63,742 bases of DNA, filler included, from Octopus bimaculoides (GCF_001194135.2; 5 parts of 5 records of this genome joined end to end with filler, not necessarily neighbours in it); one strand, 5' to 3'; numbered from the whole stretch's first letter, positions 13,875 to 27,699 are shown. A program made the numbers and translations. Notes: generated by a model from the letters alone, not told the origin.

Positions 13875-13960
13875 GCTTTCGGCCATATTATGAATGCAAC
13901 GTTCGAGCCTAGTTAGTACTTAGCTGGGTGATCTCTTAGGAAACCTGAGTACTGTAAACA
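13875..13960 (+). pseudogene. 5S rRNA-derived fragment with internal deletion
   Basis: cggccata..tgaa joined directly to gcaacgttcgagcctagttagtacttagctgggtgatctcttaggaaacctgagtactgtaaac, which matches the 3' half of metazoan 5S (GTTAGTACTTGGATGGG C-box region). Confidence 0.7.
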
Positions 13961-14136
13961 ACACCCGAACACAGTCAAGCAGCAGAATCGTTAGAACGTC
14001 AAGTAGATTGTGCTGCATCAATCACTCCGACTATCTGCACTCTGGGTTCAAATCCCATCGAAGTCAACACAGCCTTTTGGCGATTCAGGGTCAGTAAAGT
14101 ACCAGTCCTATACTTGGTTCAATTTTCTCTCACTCA

Positions 14137-14205
<69 letters not shown>

Positions 14206-14707
14206 TCTCTCTCCTGCTCTTTTTCTGGAAGCATTCGGTTGGGCTTCACTTGGTCAAAATACACTTAAAACAAGCCACATATCACAATGATGCTTCTACA
14301 ATTCCATCTGGAGTTGAGGGCCCAATGTATGTCATTATACGGACTGAAATCTGTCGCCAAAATGGCGTGCAATCCTTAAGAGGTAGACAAATATCTGTTG
14401 ACCGTTTAAATAAAGTAAAACTGGGATAAGAGCTAGTTTAGTACGATAGGAATTGATAACAGCGGTGAAAATAGGCGATACGATAATATATCGTGATAGC
14501 GGACTTCAAATAAATCTTGATTATCAATAGTTATAAGGTCACTTACACATACATACATACATACATCCATACATACATACATACATACATGCATGCATAC
14601 ATACATACATACATATAAACATACATACATACATACATACACACACGCATACATACATACATGCATATGAGTGTGAGTGTGCGTGTGTATGTGTGTGCGT
14701 GTGTCTA

Positions 14708-14776
<69 letters not shown>

Positions 14777-15932
14777 CATTCACTCTGTCTGTCTGTTTGT
14801 TTGCCTGTCTGTGTGTCATTGTGTTTGTGTCTGTCTGTCGGTCTGTCTGTCTGTGTATCCGTTTGTCGTTTTAGACTTTATTATATTTTTGCGTATTTTT
14901 TTCTCTAACCCCGCATAGAAACGACGAATTATGTTGGTTGAAAATGGAGCGAGGTCATTACTGCGATATGTAACTTATCTTATATCAGAAAATAGATTCA
15001 CATAGTCTAAAATAACTTATCATCTATTTAAAACCTAACAACTCTAATTTTTTTTTTAGTATTTATCTAATGGAACCTTATCTTATGTCATGCGCTTTCC
15101 ATTCTGACCAATAGAGACAAAACTTTGTTGTAGTCGTTATATCATATTGTGATCTACATATTGAAAGTGAAATATTCTCGCGACTGTTCTATTTTTAATT
15201 TTTTGTACAACTTAAGTATGTAAAAGCTCAGCCCAAGAATATAATTACCTTTTAATGCAAATTTCTTTGGTATGTATGTATGTATGTATGTATGTATGTA
15301 TGTATGTATGTATGTATGATCTTGTTATTTCTCATGGTCAGCGTTTATTGCAGTAGCCATCAGCAAACTGGTGACGTTGGTGCAGAAGACACTGTGCCAG
15401 CACAGAAGATTGATACGTTTTCAACAACGGGAAGGCACAACAGGTTCAGGCAAAAAAACCCCATGAAAATGGGAATGTAGACATGGTGCACTACATTAAT
15501 GGGACTGAGTGATCACTAGTTCGTGCTAGCATCTTGCTCTAGAAGATAAAACCTGTGACTTTATGGCAGTCAATGATGTTGACTAGTTTTTCTCTTTGGG
15601 GTATCTGTCATCGTTGTTCAGAGAATGGGATTGATTGTGTGCAAGGCTTTACTTTACTTTAAAAGCATCATGCATAGGTATCGCTTGACGTACAAGCATC
15701 GTCATCCTATACTCGAGAACAAGGAAGCCACCATCATGTATGTATGTATGTATGTATGTATGTATGTATGTATGTATGTGTGTGTATGCATGTATGTATG
15801 TATGTATGTATGTATGTATGTATGTATGTATGGATGGATGGATGTGTGTATGTATAACTTTTCTTTGAGTTTTATTTAAGCTCTTACGAGAATTCAAGCC
15901 GGTCGCTAACAAAGCGGCAAGAGATGTTGAAT

Positions 15933-16522
15933 TTCACCTGTACCTCGGAAAACCTAATGTATGCCATTACCTGCTTAGGGTGCAGTAATCAATATATTGG
16001 CCAAACAGGAATATCAATGTTCACAAAACACCTCAGTACAGCAAAGAATGAATAAAGAAGCAACTTTCATCAATAAATATCATCCACAACTTAACATGAG
16101 CACAACATAATACAGAACACTACTAACCTTACCAATAATGGCACTAACACCCATACATTCCTTATACTATTCATATTACAGTATTATATCAACCCTAATT
16201 GCACCACGTCCAGAACTACTTACCTCCCTTACACAATGTTTTTACTCAGGGACTAGTAGCCCCGACACCGTTTGATAAGCGGTACGCATTCAAAACCAGT
16301 GAACAGCAATGACGACACCGGTCTGACTTTGAATCTCTTTAACAATTCGAAATAATGAATTTCATTCCACTTACTTCTACCCCAGTTCATCTAATTGTAT
16401 TTGTTTATTGCTACTTTTCATAAAAAAGCCTTTATTTTTTTTTGATATCCTATGTGCATTTTCCCGTTTTTTCTTCTTACTTTCCCCATATCTTTTCCAC
16501 GTGTAGTTCCTATTTTCTTTTT
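15933..16522 (+). mobile_element. Penelope-like element GIY-YIG endonuclease remnant plus 3' region
   Basis: FTCTSENLMYAITCLGCSNQYIGQTG (15933 onward), then frameshifted KEATFINKYHPQLN; the 3' ~500 bp recurs at 24524-25023. Confidence 0.75.
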
Positions 16523-16581
16523 GAATCACACACACACACGCACACGCACACACACACACATATACACACACATACACACAC

Positions 16582-16625
<44 letters not shown>

Positions 16626-16822
16626 NNNNNNNNNNNNNNNNNNNNNNNNNNNNNNNNNNNNNNNNNNNNNNNNNNNNNNNNNNNNNNNNNNNNNNNNNNN
16701 NNNNNNNNNNNNNNNNNNNNNNNNNNNNNNNNNNNNNNNNNNNNNNNNNNNNNNNNNNNNNNNNNNNNNNNNNNNNNNNNNNNNNNNNNNNNNNNNNNNN
16801 NNNNNNNNNNNNNNNNNNNNNN

Positions 16823-17066
16823 GTGTCTTTGTGTCTGAGTTTGTTCGCACCACCACTTGACAACCGCTGTTGGTGTGTGTACGCCTGTAACTTAGCGGTT
16901 CGGTAAAAGAAACCGCTAGAATAAGCACCAGGCTTTGAAAAACAGGTAGTGGGGTTGATTCGTTCGATTAAAATTCTCCAAGGTGGTGCCCAACGCACGC
17001 CACCGACTACTAACTGAAACAATAAAAGATAAAAGATGAAATATCTTTATACATATGTGTGTGTGT

Positions 17067-17105
<39 letters not shown>

Positions 17106-17315
17106 TGTGTATGTCTTCGTGTCTGTGTTTGTCCTCCTGCCACAGCTTGACAACCGGTGTTGGTTTCTCTACGTCATCGTAATTTAGGTTTCACAAAAGA
17201 GCCCGAAAGAATAAGTACCGGACTTGAAAATAAGAAGTATGATTGATTTGCTCGAGTAAACTTTTCAGGGCAGTGCCTTTAGCATGAACGCCGTCCAATG
17301 ATTAAAACAAGTAAA
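16823..17315 (+). mobile_element. Two SINE family A 3' halves
   Basis: Two diverged copies of the family A body and tail (about 16823-17035 and 17105-17315). Confidence 0.65.
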
Positions 17316-18469
17316 AGTGTAAAACTAGCAACACAAAAGGTGTAATTGTAATTAGAGCAGAAAATTATCGAGAAACGAAGTAACGAGCGCTGTTTGAAAA
17401 ATACGACACCATTTTATTTCGTGAGTAGAGGCAGTGAGGTAGAGGTTATTGTAAGTCAATCAATTGATAATACCTGGTTAGTGTTTATATTTGGATAAGA
17501 ACAAAACGTGACGTCTGGATATTACATTTGGGATAATGTGATACGATATCGTAGCTCTGACGGAAAGCAAGGCAGGTGATAATTGTCTAAAATGCTGCGA
17601 CGTGAAAATAGCTTCGTTTTTTAAATTTTGTTTTTATGTTGTTTTATTTGATTTTTTCTTTGACAGGAAGGTTGTGGTGTTTGCTATGAGATTTTAAATA
17701 TAATATCTCTTCTCGCCCCACCATAAAAGCCACACCCATCTCGTTGCTGCACATACACAGAAAACAGCGGAATAATTGATGTTTGTGTTACAGTGTGCTT
17801 CATAAATACCCCTCCCTTTCACCATTCTTGATTAGCGTTTTCAACAGCAAATGCTCAGTGTACAAAAAAAAAAAAGAAAGGAAAAATGAGAGACATTAGC
17901 TGCACAATGACACCTTTACCACCTGCCTTACTTCGCTAGTTGCCGGGTGCAGCAGATAAAACAGTATGGGAGGATTTTTTGCCAAACTCTGTGTTGCAAA
18001 AAGACAAAAAGTCAAACCCGTCTTTCGATAAATCTCAAGACTTCTTTAATTAAGTCGGCAATATATCAAGTTAATGCTCGTCTTCAAATGAGAATTACTG
18101 GAGAAACAGAAATCNNNNNNNNNNNNNNNNNNNNNNNNNNNNNNNNNNNNNNNNNNNNNNNNNNNNNNNNNNNNNNNNNNNNNNNNNNNNNNNNNNNNNN
18201 NNNNNNNNNNNNNNNNNNNNNNNNNNNNNNNNNNNNNNNNNNNNNNNNNNNNNNNNNNNNNNNNNNNNNNNNNNNNNNNNNNNNNNNNNNNNNNNNNNNN
18301 NNNNNNNNNNNNNNNNNNNNNNNNNNNNNNNNNNNNNNNNNNNNNNNNNNNNNNNNNNNNNNNNNNNNNNNNNNNNNNNNNNNNNNNNNNNNNNNNNNNN
18401 NNNNNNNNNNNNNNNNNNNNNNNNNNNNNNNNNNNNNNNNNNNNNNNNNNNNNNNNNNNNTAGGAGTCG

Positions 18470-18538
<69 letters not shown>

Positions 18539-19672
18539 GTTGTTGTTATTGGTTGAATAGTTTATTTGCCAGACATGATTTCGTCTTGTTTTACGTTCGA
18601 CTTTGCGTTTCATCTTGTTGGAAACCGATAAAGTAAATACGTGTCAAGTACTGGGTTCAGTGTAATCAACAAATCTTCTCTCTCTAAAACTGTTGGCTTT
18701 GTGCTTAAATTTGCGATAATAAGGCGTCTGTTTCCGTGTATAGGCATGGTGCTCCAGCATGACCGCAGCCGCATGGATGAAACGAATAAAAGAATATATG
18801 TAAAATATATTACTGATATTGGAAGGCCGCACGAAAAAATTGCCCTCGGTGTGTAATTTGAATTCTAAGCACAAATTTTGCATGCAATAATAATGGTTTC
18901 CCTGGATGAGTATCATTTATCTGCAAGGGATGGAAAATGAGATGAGACAATTAAACTAGCCTTGCTTTATTAGTGGACACTGAATTAATTTAGTATGTTT
19001 AATATACCTTCTAGAGTGATAAAAAAAGAAGTGGATTTCGAAATGATTTTAGCGATATCATAAAATTCTTGTCATGTATATCAAATCTTTGTATCAATTT
19101 TCTCGCCGAAGTTAACTTTTCTAGAACTTAACCAAATGTAGATTGATTTTTAGAATGCTTCTGTATTTCTGGCAGAAAGCATTTAGTAAACAAACATTCT
19201 TGTTTCTCATAACGGAAAATATAAATCACAGGATGTGTTCAGTTGAGCCTTCTACCATCATGAATATGGAAACAATTTTCTTGCTACAAGTATTGACAAA
19301 GGAGAGGAAAGAAAGTAATAAATAAATGAGTGACATGTCAAAGAGTCTCCAGAGAAGAAGAAGCTGTGATATTTAATTTGAAATATAATATTTAGAGAAA
19401 GAAATATGAGAAAAATTATGAAAGAGAGATTACAAGAAAAAAAAATGTAGAGAAAAAGTGAATTCGATCGTGTCCATTAGTTGTAAAAACAGAAAGATGA
19501 CCGCGGAAAAATGGTTAATAAATTTGCTGAAAATGAGAGTAGAGACTTTCGTTTCATAACCATAGTGATCGTTGCTGTTGACTTGCTAGAAAATGAATAT
19601 AATTTAATACACGAAGTCAACAATAAATACTTCTGATGACTTGCATTAGCATAAATCAATTCAGAATACAAG

Positions 19673-19749
<77 letters not shown>

Positions 19750-20125
19750 NNNNNNNNNNNNNNNNNNNNNNNNNNNNNNNNNNNNNNCATCTCTCTATCT
19801 CTTTCTCTGTATGTGTGTGCGTGTATGTATGTATTTTTCTAAACATTGATGTACTTTTGGTATTATAGTATGAATATCTACTGCAATGACATAAATCCTC
19901 TCAAAAAATTGTCTTCTGAATAAAGGCTGCAAAAGGTCAACGAACCAAGATTAGTGAGAAAACCAAAGGTCAGAAAGGCGTATCAATATAGAAATATACC
20001 ATGGCTAGCATAAGTGATATACCTATACTTTGTAATATAGTTGTGAGCAGCAAAACTTTTTATTCTTTTCATTTAAACTTTCTTAGAAAATTACATTAGT
20101 ATATCAATGGATCCACACACACACA

Positions 20126-20979
20126 CACGGTGCGATGGCTAAATTGTCGCTATTTTATATCTTTAATATCGCGCATGCGCATTCTGTGTTTTTGATTTTG
20201 TCGACTACACAGTATAGTAGGGTCAGTTGGGCACCGTCTGTGAGAAAAACAGCGTCATTACGCACTTCAATCTGCCAGAGATTTGTACTGCTGTACATGC
20301 TGTACTGCTTGGAATTCGCGCCGGAAGCTCCTTTACATTCATTTCAGAGTGTTTGGGTGTCAATCTGAGGACAGTGCAATCTGAGGACAAGTACCGAGAG
20401 TGATAAAATTCAAACATCCAGTCAACGTTATGGTGTCTGGAGTGATCACTAGTGATGACAACGTTATGCCTCCATTCATCTTACCACATGGCCGCAACTC
20501 AAAACGGAGGCCTACATCAAGTGCCTGTGTCAAGAGGGTGGCTACTGGAAGACCCTATGTCTGGCAACAGGACTCTGCACCATGTCACACAAGCAGGAGA
20601 ACCCAGTCATGGACGTCAGACAATTTCTGCGAACACATCATCCCTAACGTGTGGCCATCTAACTCTCCGGACTGCAAACCCCTTAATTATCATGTATGGG
20701 GCGCAGTTGAGCGAGAAAACAGCAAAACGTCTTGTAACACCAAAGATAAACTGAAGGCAAGGATTATGGCAGCATTCACCAAATTAAACAAGGATACCAT
20801 CCAGGAGATTTGCAGGAGATTCCGAAGTTGTCTGGAGGCCGTGATTGAAGTCAATGGTGATTTTTAAAAATAATTTTACTCTTTAGTATTTCAAGATATT
20901 TTTTATGTAATTTGGTAAATATATCAGTGTTATTTTCATTTTTGCGTAATTTAGACAACAGTTTATTCACCGCACCCTT
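20126..20979 (+). mobile_element. maT (DD37D) Tc1/mariner element, internally deleted, both TIRs present
   Basis: Imperfect TIRs CACGGTGCGATGGCTAAATTGTCG / AACAGTTTATTCACCGCACCCT followed by TA; QQDSAP followed 37 residues later by the SPDCKPLN position (third D mutated to N); frameshift in the ORF. Confidence 0.85.
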
Positions 20980-21017
20980 TATGTGTGTGTGTGAGTGTGT
21001 GTGTGTGTGTGTGTGTG

Positions 21018-21215
21018 TATACGTGATCTGATCAATAAGTATCCGGACTGTTGCCATAGTAACGAAGCTAAAGTACATAGAGTAAAGCCGCTAAACACAG
21101 ATTGAACTTGAACACTTCTGTGCATTCACCTTAAGTTTTAACGTGCTAGCTCACTTCCGCTGTTTACAGCAATGCTTGGAAGGAATGTGTGTAGCGTGTG
21201 ATCGTCGCATTGTTT
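21018..21215 (+). mobile_element. Probable mariner-like 5' end fragment
   Basis: TACGTGATCTGATCAATAAGTATCCGGACTG terminus after TA in a (TG)n array; no ORF; resemblance only. Confidence 0.4.
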
Positions 21216-21239
21216 ATGTTTGTGCATGTATTCAATAAT

Positions 21240-22330
21240 ATGGGGGTTCTCTATATCTATTTCAGGATACTCTTATTTTCGAATGGCATTGTACATTGTT
21301 TTGGGTAGCTGCAAATCACATGTGTGGTCTTCCACAGAAATATAACATAACCTACATTTTCAGTTGTTTCTTCGGGTTCCAAGAGATTTACTGTCTCTAT
21401 TGTTTACTAGGTATTTCGTAGCAGTCTCCTGTTCTTGGATTGCAAATACCCTGCCTTCAAAGTTAGATGTGCTGTAACGGTCATGAGTCTAAGAGAGGCT
21501 GCACTTGATGTTAATATTACTATGTTCAAGTCTTCGGTAAACATACCCATGTATAGTCTGTTTTGGTATGCTGAACGTTTGAAGTATGTTGGTCTCGATG
21601 TCTGAGGGCGGTATAGGAGGTCATCAAGATGAGAGTGCTTCCTGAGAGACTCTTTAGTATTCAACGACATTCGAAAGTTGCACTGTTCTACTTCATCTCT
21701 TCTTGGGAAGAGCCTGTCGATATCACTGTTTCTGTAGAAGTTGCCAGTTGATGACAAAATCTTGCGGAGGGGATTCCCTCTACAGTCCAAAGTATTTCAA
21801 ATGCTAGGATCAGCACAGGCACTGCAAGTGCAATGCGGGATAGTTTCTTTTAAGAGGAGAGTTCCGGCAGCTATATTTATCTAAATCTAGTATAATATTT
21901 TCGGGCCACTCTATACACAGAAACTTCATATCATATGTTTTCATCAATGCTTAGGTATTTGTAACATTCTTTGTGTAGAACAGGAGAGATAGAGACCGTT
22001 GGTGAACAGTTTTGGGTCTAGTTCACTGATTTTTCACGTTATACAGTCAAATACTAACATTTACTATTCCATTCCTAAGTCAGTTATTGACTCCTGTTTA
22101 TGTTATTAACTCCTGTTTTATGGTATTGTTAACATTTTTAGCATAAATTTCAGGTCATGCACAAAGAAATTATGGGTTACATTAATATCTCTAGCAGCTG
22201 TAGATACTAGCATGTAACCATTTGGTTTTTGCAGCAAGAATGATACTGGATATAATGCCAAAATGAATACAATTTCAGAACAACTATTTGCTCAGAATAT
22301 TTCTTTTGAAATATTTATAACATTGGAGAT
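21240..22330 (-). mobile_element. Decayed R4-like non-LTR retrotransposon (RT to zinc knuckle)
   Basis: HNFFVHDLKFM at 22142-22174 (degenerate YMDDLK), YKYLS near 21955, IDRLFPRR and AGYLQSKNRR segments. Confidence 0.65.
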
Positions 22331-22575
22331 GATCATTCTACTCTCAGTTGTGAGTGTGAGAATTGTTGGTCAGGCTTTTGTGAGCCTTCCAATGGCAGCA
22401 ACATATAAATATTTTTGCTAAATGTAGACACTTCAGCAACCATCTACGGGGAACAGGGTCGAATGCTTTACACACACACAAACACACGTATCCTCGCGCG
22501 CGCACTCACACTCGCATACACACTATATATATATATATGTGTGTGTAAATACATGCATATCTATGTATGTGTGTA

Positions 22576-22608
<33 letters not shown>

Positions 22609-23238
22609 ATATATATATATATATACACACTGAAAATATACATATATGTATATGCATATATGGGTTGTGTGTGGGTGTGTACATAACAACAGACACTCAG
22701 TAACAATGATATTCTGGTGTAATAAACTAACATGGACACCTATAGATGTAACAATAGGTATATCAAGAACATATAAGCTGTGATGCAGGGTGGGGGTACA
22801 AACAGGAGTAGGTTGTAATTTCGTGGGAGGATACAATTTTAACAAAAGTATATACAATGATTAACTTTATGGCAGTAAATTCTTTATTTTAGAAGGGTCA
22901 GAACTGGGAGAGGATATCTGTAATGGTTGCTTTTTTAGGAGGGATGGGGTTTGGGGTTTGGGGAGCACGCGATTAGATAAAGGTAATTGTGAGATGGTGT
23001 TTTATGGTTGGGTTTCTTATATAGAGATGTTGTTTATGACGGCTTTTTATGGGTGTTTGGGGCGTGTCTCCCTTGGTGGCCGGGAAGGAGAGGTTTATAT
23101 ATNNNNNNNNNNNNNNNNNNNNNNNNNNNNNNNNNNNNNNNNNNNNNNNNNNNNNNNNNNNNNNNNNNNNNNNNNNNNNNNNNNNNNNNNNNNNNNNNNN
23201 NNNNNNNNNNNNNNNNNNNNNNNNNNNNNNNNNNNNNN

Positions 23239-23271
<33 letters not shown>

Positions 23272-23663
23272 CAATACTGCACAAATAATTCACAAGAAAA
23301 AATAATTCACTAAAAGAATTTCCGAAGATACCATTGACTCTGTTATTATCTAGTGTAGTGACGGGTTGGGAGTCTCTATCATGGTAACGCGTGCTGAGAA
23401 AGCTGAGGCTATTTTTGCCAGTGCAGGAAACCAGCCCACGTCAGTCCAAATACTTAAATGTACGTTGGGAGATTGTCTTAGCCCGATTGCCTTCGGACGG
23501 TTGATTTCTGTAGTCATTATCAGTGTATTTTGACGATTCAACAAGTTTGACTGTTATTTCCAGCAGGTAGACATACTTATTATGTCCTTTGATTAATTTT
23601 ATACATACATACATACATGCATACATACATACATACATACATACATACATACATACATACATA

Positions 23664-24505
23664 CAGGGTGCAGTGAATAAATTGTCGTCTAAATTACGCA
23701 ATAATGAAAGATATATTTACCAAAATTACATAAAAGTATCTTGAATTACTAAAGAGTAAATTTATTCAAAATCGCCATTGGCTTCAACCACAGTCTCCAG
23801 ACGACTTCAGAATCTCGTGCAACTCTTCTGGACAGTCTCCTTCTTTAAGTTGGTGAATACTGCCATAATCCTTGCCTTCAGTTCATCTTTGGTGTTACAA
23901 GGAGTTTTGCTGCTCCCTCGCTCAACTGCGCCCCGCACATAGTAATCAAGGCGGTTGTAGACTGGGGGGTTAGGTGGCCACATGTTAGGGGTGATGTGGT
24001 CGCAGAAATTGTCTGACGGCCATGGCTGGGTTCTCCTGCTTGTGTGGCATAGTGCAGAGTCCTGTTGCCAGCAGCTACCCTCACCCAGGGCAGCACTACC
24101 TCCTCCAGGCACTTGATGTAGGCTTCCGTTTTGAGTCTGCGGCCATGTGGTAAGATGAATGGAGGCATAACGTTGCCATCACTAGTGATCACTTCAAACA
24201 CCATAATGTTGATTGCATGTTTGATTTTTATCACTCTCGGTACATGTTTTGGGGACACAGCAAGCTAACGGTTGTTCTGTGTGTTCACCATCTGATCCTG
24301 ACAGATCTAAATAAAGATGGTGGTCGTTCGTGAGAGAGATTATTATTCGGAGGGGATGCTTGAGTCTGTTCAGAAGCATCATAGCGCGTCTTTCCTATTG
24401 TCCTTGATGGCTTGGGATAAAAATTGGCCCTTTCTCATCTTGTATGAAGAATACCGAATGTCTTAATGAACTACCTGCCTGATAAGAAACTCAGACACTC
24501 CCATG
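23664..24505 (-). mobile_element. maT (DD37D) element, second copy, 5'-truncated
   Basis: TIR CAGGGTGCAGTGAATAAATTGTCG after TA in (TACA)n; QQD...RLD spacing of 37 residues; GVSEFLIRQVVH...KMRKGQFLSQA upstream; same family as 20126-20979. Confidence 0.85.
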
Positions 24506-24523
24506 TCTCTGACGATGTTTACA

Positions 24524-25023
24524 GAACACCTCAGCGCAACAAAGAATGAATAAAGAGGTAACTTTCATCAATGAATATCTTCCATAACTCAATATGAACA
24601 CATAACATAATGCAGAACACTACTAACCTTTCAATTAATACCACTAACCTCCATACATCCCATACACCATTCACATTACAGATCTATATCTACCCTAATT
24701 GCACCAAACCCAGAACTACTAACCCCCCTTACACATAATCTTTTTACTCAGGGACTAATAGACCTGACACCGTTCAGTAATCGGTGTGCATTCAAAGCAA
24801 TGATTAGTAACTTTACCAAAACGGTATGCTTTTGAATCTCTTTAACAATTCACAATAATGACTTTTATTACTTTTATTCCTATCTCAGTTCATCCAGTTA
24901 TATATATATCCATCGTTACTTTTCATAAGCCTTTACTTTTTTTAAATTTCCAATGTGCGTTTTCGCTTATTTTTCTTCTTACTTTCCCTTTACATTTCCA
25001 CGTGTAGTTTCTAATTTCTTTTT
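24524..25023 (+). mobile_element. Second copy of the PLE 3' region seen at 16025-16522
   Basis: Colinear, diverged ~500 bp direct repeat. Confidence 0.7.
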
Positions 25024-25253
25024 GCAACATATTTTATATATATATATTGAAGACGGAAAATATGCACGAGTTAGAGTTTATACAACGTATATGAGATTAC
25101 ATTTTCAACACCCACGGTAAAATAAGCATTAATCTTTATATGTTTATGGAGTTTTTTCTTTGCAAATTACTTTACACCATAATGATTAAGTGATATATGT
25201 ACGTATGTATGTATGTATGTATGTATGTATGTATGTATGTATGTATGTATATA

Positions 25254-25300
<47 letters not shown>

Positions 25301-25579
25301 TAACTACTTATCTTGTTCCATCTGACTATTATAATTTCAAATCATTGCAACATTTTGAGGGGAAGTAGTTTATTAATTGCGAAGAGATTAAAAAGGATAT
25401 TGAGTATTTCTTTGCTTTGAAACCTGAAGAAATTTATGCCCTAAGGGATCAACAGTTTGCCAAATTGATGAGGTTATGTTATCAATAATGAAAGGAAATA
25501 TTATCTTGATTAAATACATCAACAACAAGAAACATCTGTTTCTTTCAATTAAATGGAATAATACATACATACATACACA

Positions 25580-25656
<77 letters not shown>

Positions 25657-26344
25657 NNNNNNNNNNNNNNNNNNNNNNNNNNNNNNNNNNNNNNNNNNNN
25701 TTAATTAATTAANNNNNNNNNNNNNNNNNNNNNNNNNNNNNNNNNNNNNNNNNNNNAATTGTAACTTTTTTTCCTGTGACTTTATTACCAGCCATCATTA
25801 ATTAATTGTGACTTTTTTTTCCTAGCCAAAATTGTGACCTTATTACTATGTCTTTTTTTTTTTTTTGCTGTGACTTTATTACTGGTCGCCGATGTACTTA
25901 AAAACAACTGAACCGAATAAAAACAACTAGAACGATTTATAAAAGCAGTAATTATCTTTTTACCAAGGGGATCTTCTTTTGCCTCTAACCAGCCGAAGAA
26001 AGTTCACCCAAGTCATAAAACCATGACAATTGATTCACTCTGTATGGGCCTGGTTATAATTCAGGAACACGGATGGCCGAGTGAATAGGATGTCAGATCG
26101 CTATTGGAGAGGTAAGTAGTTCTTGTTTTCAGCTCCACTGCACTTTTCTGGTCAAACCCGTTGACCGTTAACAGCTGATATCATCACCTTGCTACGTAGG
26201 TACTTAAAAGTTTACTTCACAACAAACATACCTCGGCTATACAATAAACTGCATGTGGAAAAATGTCTTCTTTTTCGCCCTGACCAAAATGTAAAATTAT
26301 CTAAATCAAACTGTAAATTTGAGGAAAATCGTGTGTATATTTAC

Positions 26345-26515
26345 CTGGCCAAATGTTCCAATATAATCCCCGCAAATCGTCCATAATTTTGCCGTTTTAT
26401 CGACAGAAGCACTTAAAATAAATATGCCTGCATCATGGTTAATATATTCCACACTTACAACAGTACCTTCATGACCTTTCCAGCTATGAAGTGTCCTGGG
26501 TGGCTCTGTAACCAT
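26345..26515 (-). CDS. WD40-repeat protein, visible exon 8 (last WD repeat)
   Basis: ctacag|ATG acceptor and CAG|gtaaat donor; 171 nt, phase 0/0; MVTEPPRTLHSWKGHEGTVVSVEYINHDAGIFILSASVDKTAKLWTICGDYIGTFGQ. Confidence 0.92.
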
Positions 26516-26914
26516 CTGTAGATGAATAAGAAATTATTTCAGACTTGAGCGTGTTACACGTGTGTGTGCGTGTGTGTGTGTGTGTGTGCGTGTGTGTGTG
26601 TGTGTGTGTGCGTGCATGCAACCACGCACATACAAATCATTGGAAATTTGAGAATTAAAGAGTGCATTCTTTTTTAAAATACTAAAGCTCATCAACGTGC
26701 ATCTCTAGTTGGCTAATTTAGCACTGCCATTCTATTCATGTCAACTCACTCCGTCCCCATGTACCAGAACTAAACTCTGTCGCCATTTTCTCTTGACAAG
26801 GTCTTTTTTTTTATAGTCGAAATATGGAAATATAATATCAAAGTGTAAACCAATGGACAGAGCCATTTGAAAGCTACGTAGCTTGACCTTAAACTAAACA
26901 ACATAGACCCTCTG

Positions 26915-26985
26915 ATGGGAGACGAACCACTGACCTCTCACCTAGTGGTCTGATGTCTTATCAAAATAACTGCATAAAGATCTCA
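26915..26985 (-). other. Degenerate tRNA-like sequence (SINE head or tRNA pseudogene)
   Basis: catcagaccactaggtgagaggtcagtggttcgtctccc resembles a tRNA anticodon arm plus T-loop (GGTTCG); no full cloverleaf. Confidence 0.35.
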
Positions 26986-27699
26986 TCTCGCGGTCAATGA
27001 GTAAGCAAACCTACAACTCATCAGTGACAATAATTTCGTGTTTACTTAGGCCTCAGATTTGTAGGAAAGAGGTAATATCATGCAGCGATGTTTATGCATT
27101 GGCCAAAATTATTATTGAATTACAAACACTTAAATCTAAAAGTATTGATTGTTTTCTAAGTTCGTTATTGTTTTGCTGTATAAGCGTAACGCTTCACGTA
27201 TATAAAGTGATAATCGTTTCTGTTCTGTCTGTTTGTCTGTCTTTCTCTCTATCTCACTCTTCCCCACTCTCTCTAGGTATCACTTTAACTTGTATTGAAA
27301 CCGACACAAAATTACAGATTCAACACGCAGTTTATGAAGCCAATTTCACGCCGGAAAAAAACCCCCCAAAAAACTAGAAGTGTGTTTTCCAAATTAGGTT
27401 CCGTGGGAAAAAGGAAAAAAACTGTCGGATTACGAGAGATGAAGTATCTGTTAATACGATCTAATAAAAATTATTGAAAAAAAAAAATATATAAAGGCAA
27501 TTTCTAATTTCAAAATTTCTTTTATTACATATATAACACGTATGTGATGGACCTTCCCCTCGAACGACCTGCACAAATGATTTTCTTATAGTGATCAAAT
27601 CTTCGTGCTGTACATAAGCTCACTCCCACCATCAAATCGATGTTGTTTGAACTGCTGCACGGTGTACCACAGGTCAAGTGTCGAAGTAATCGCAGAGCA

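Noticed and set aside
14220-14430. Open frames on both strands (ICLPLKDCTPFWRQ...; also 9788-9900 and 19477-19600) as extra WD 3' exons
   Set aside because: No convincing donor, no family similarity, and stops in the phase needed
25701-25712. TTAATTAATTAA islands inside N runs (also 52536-52547, 55918-55929, 61742-61753)
   Set aside because: An identical 12-mer centred in N runs and giving stops in all six frames is a scaffolding linker, not biology
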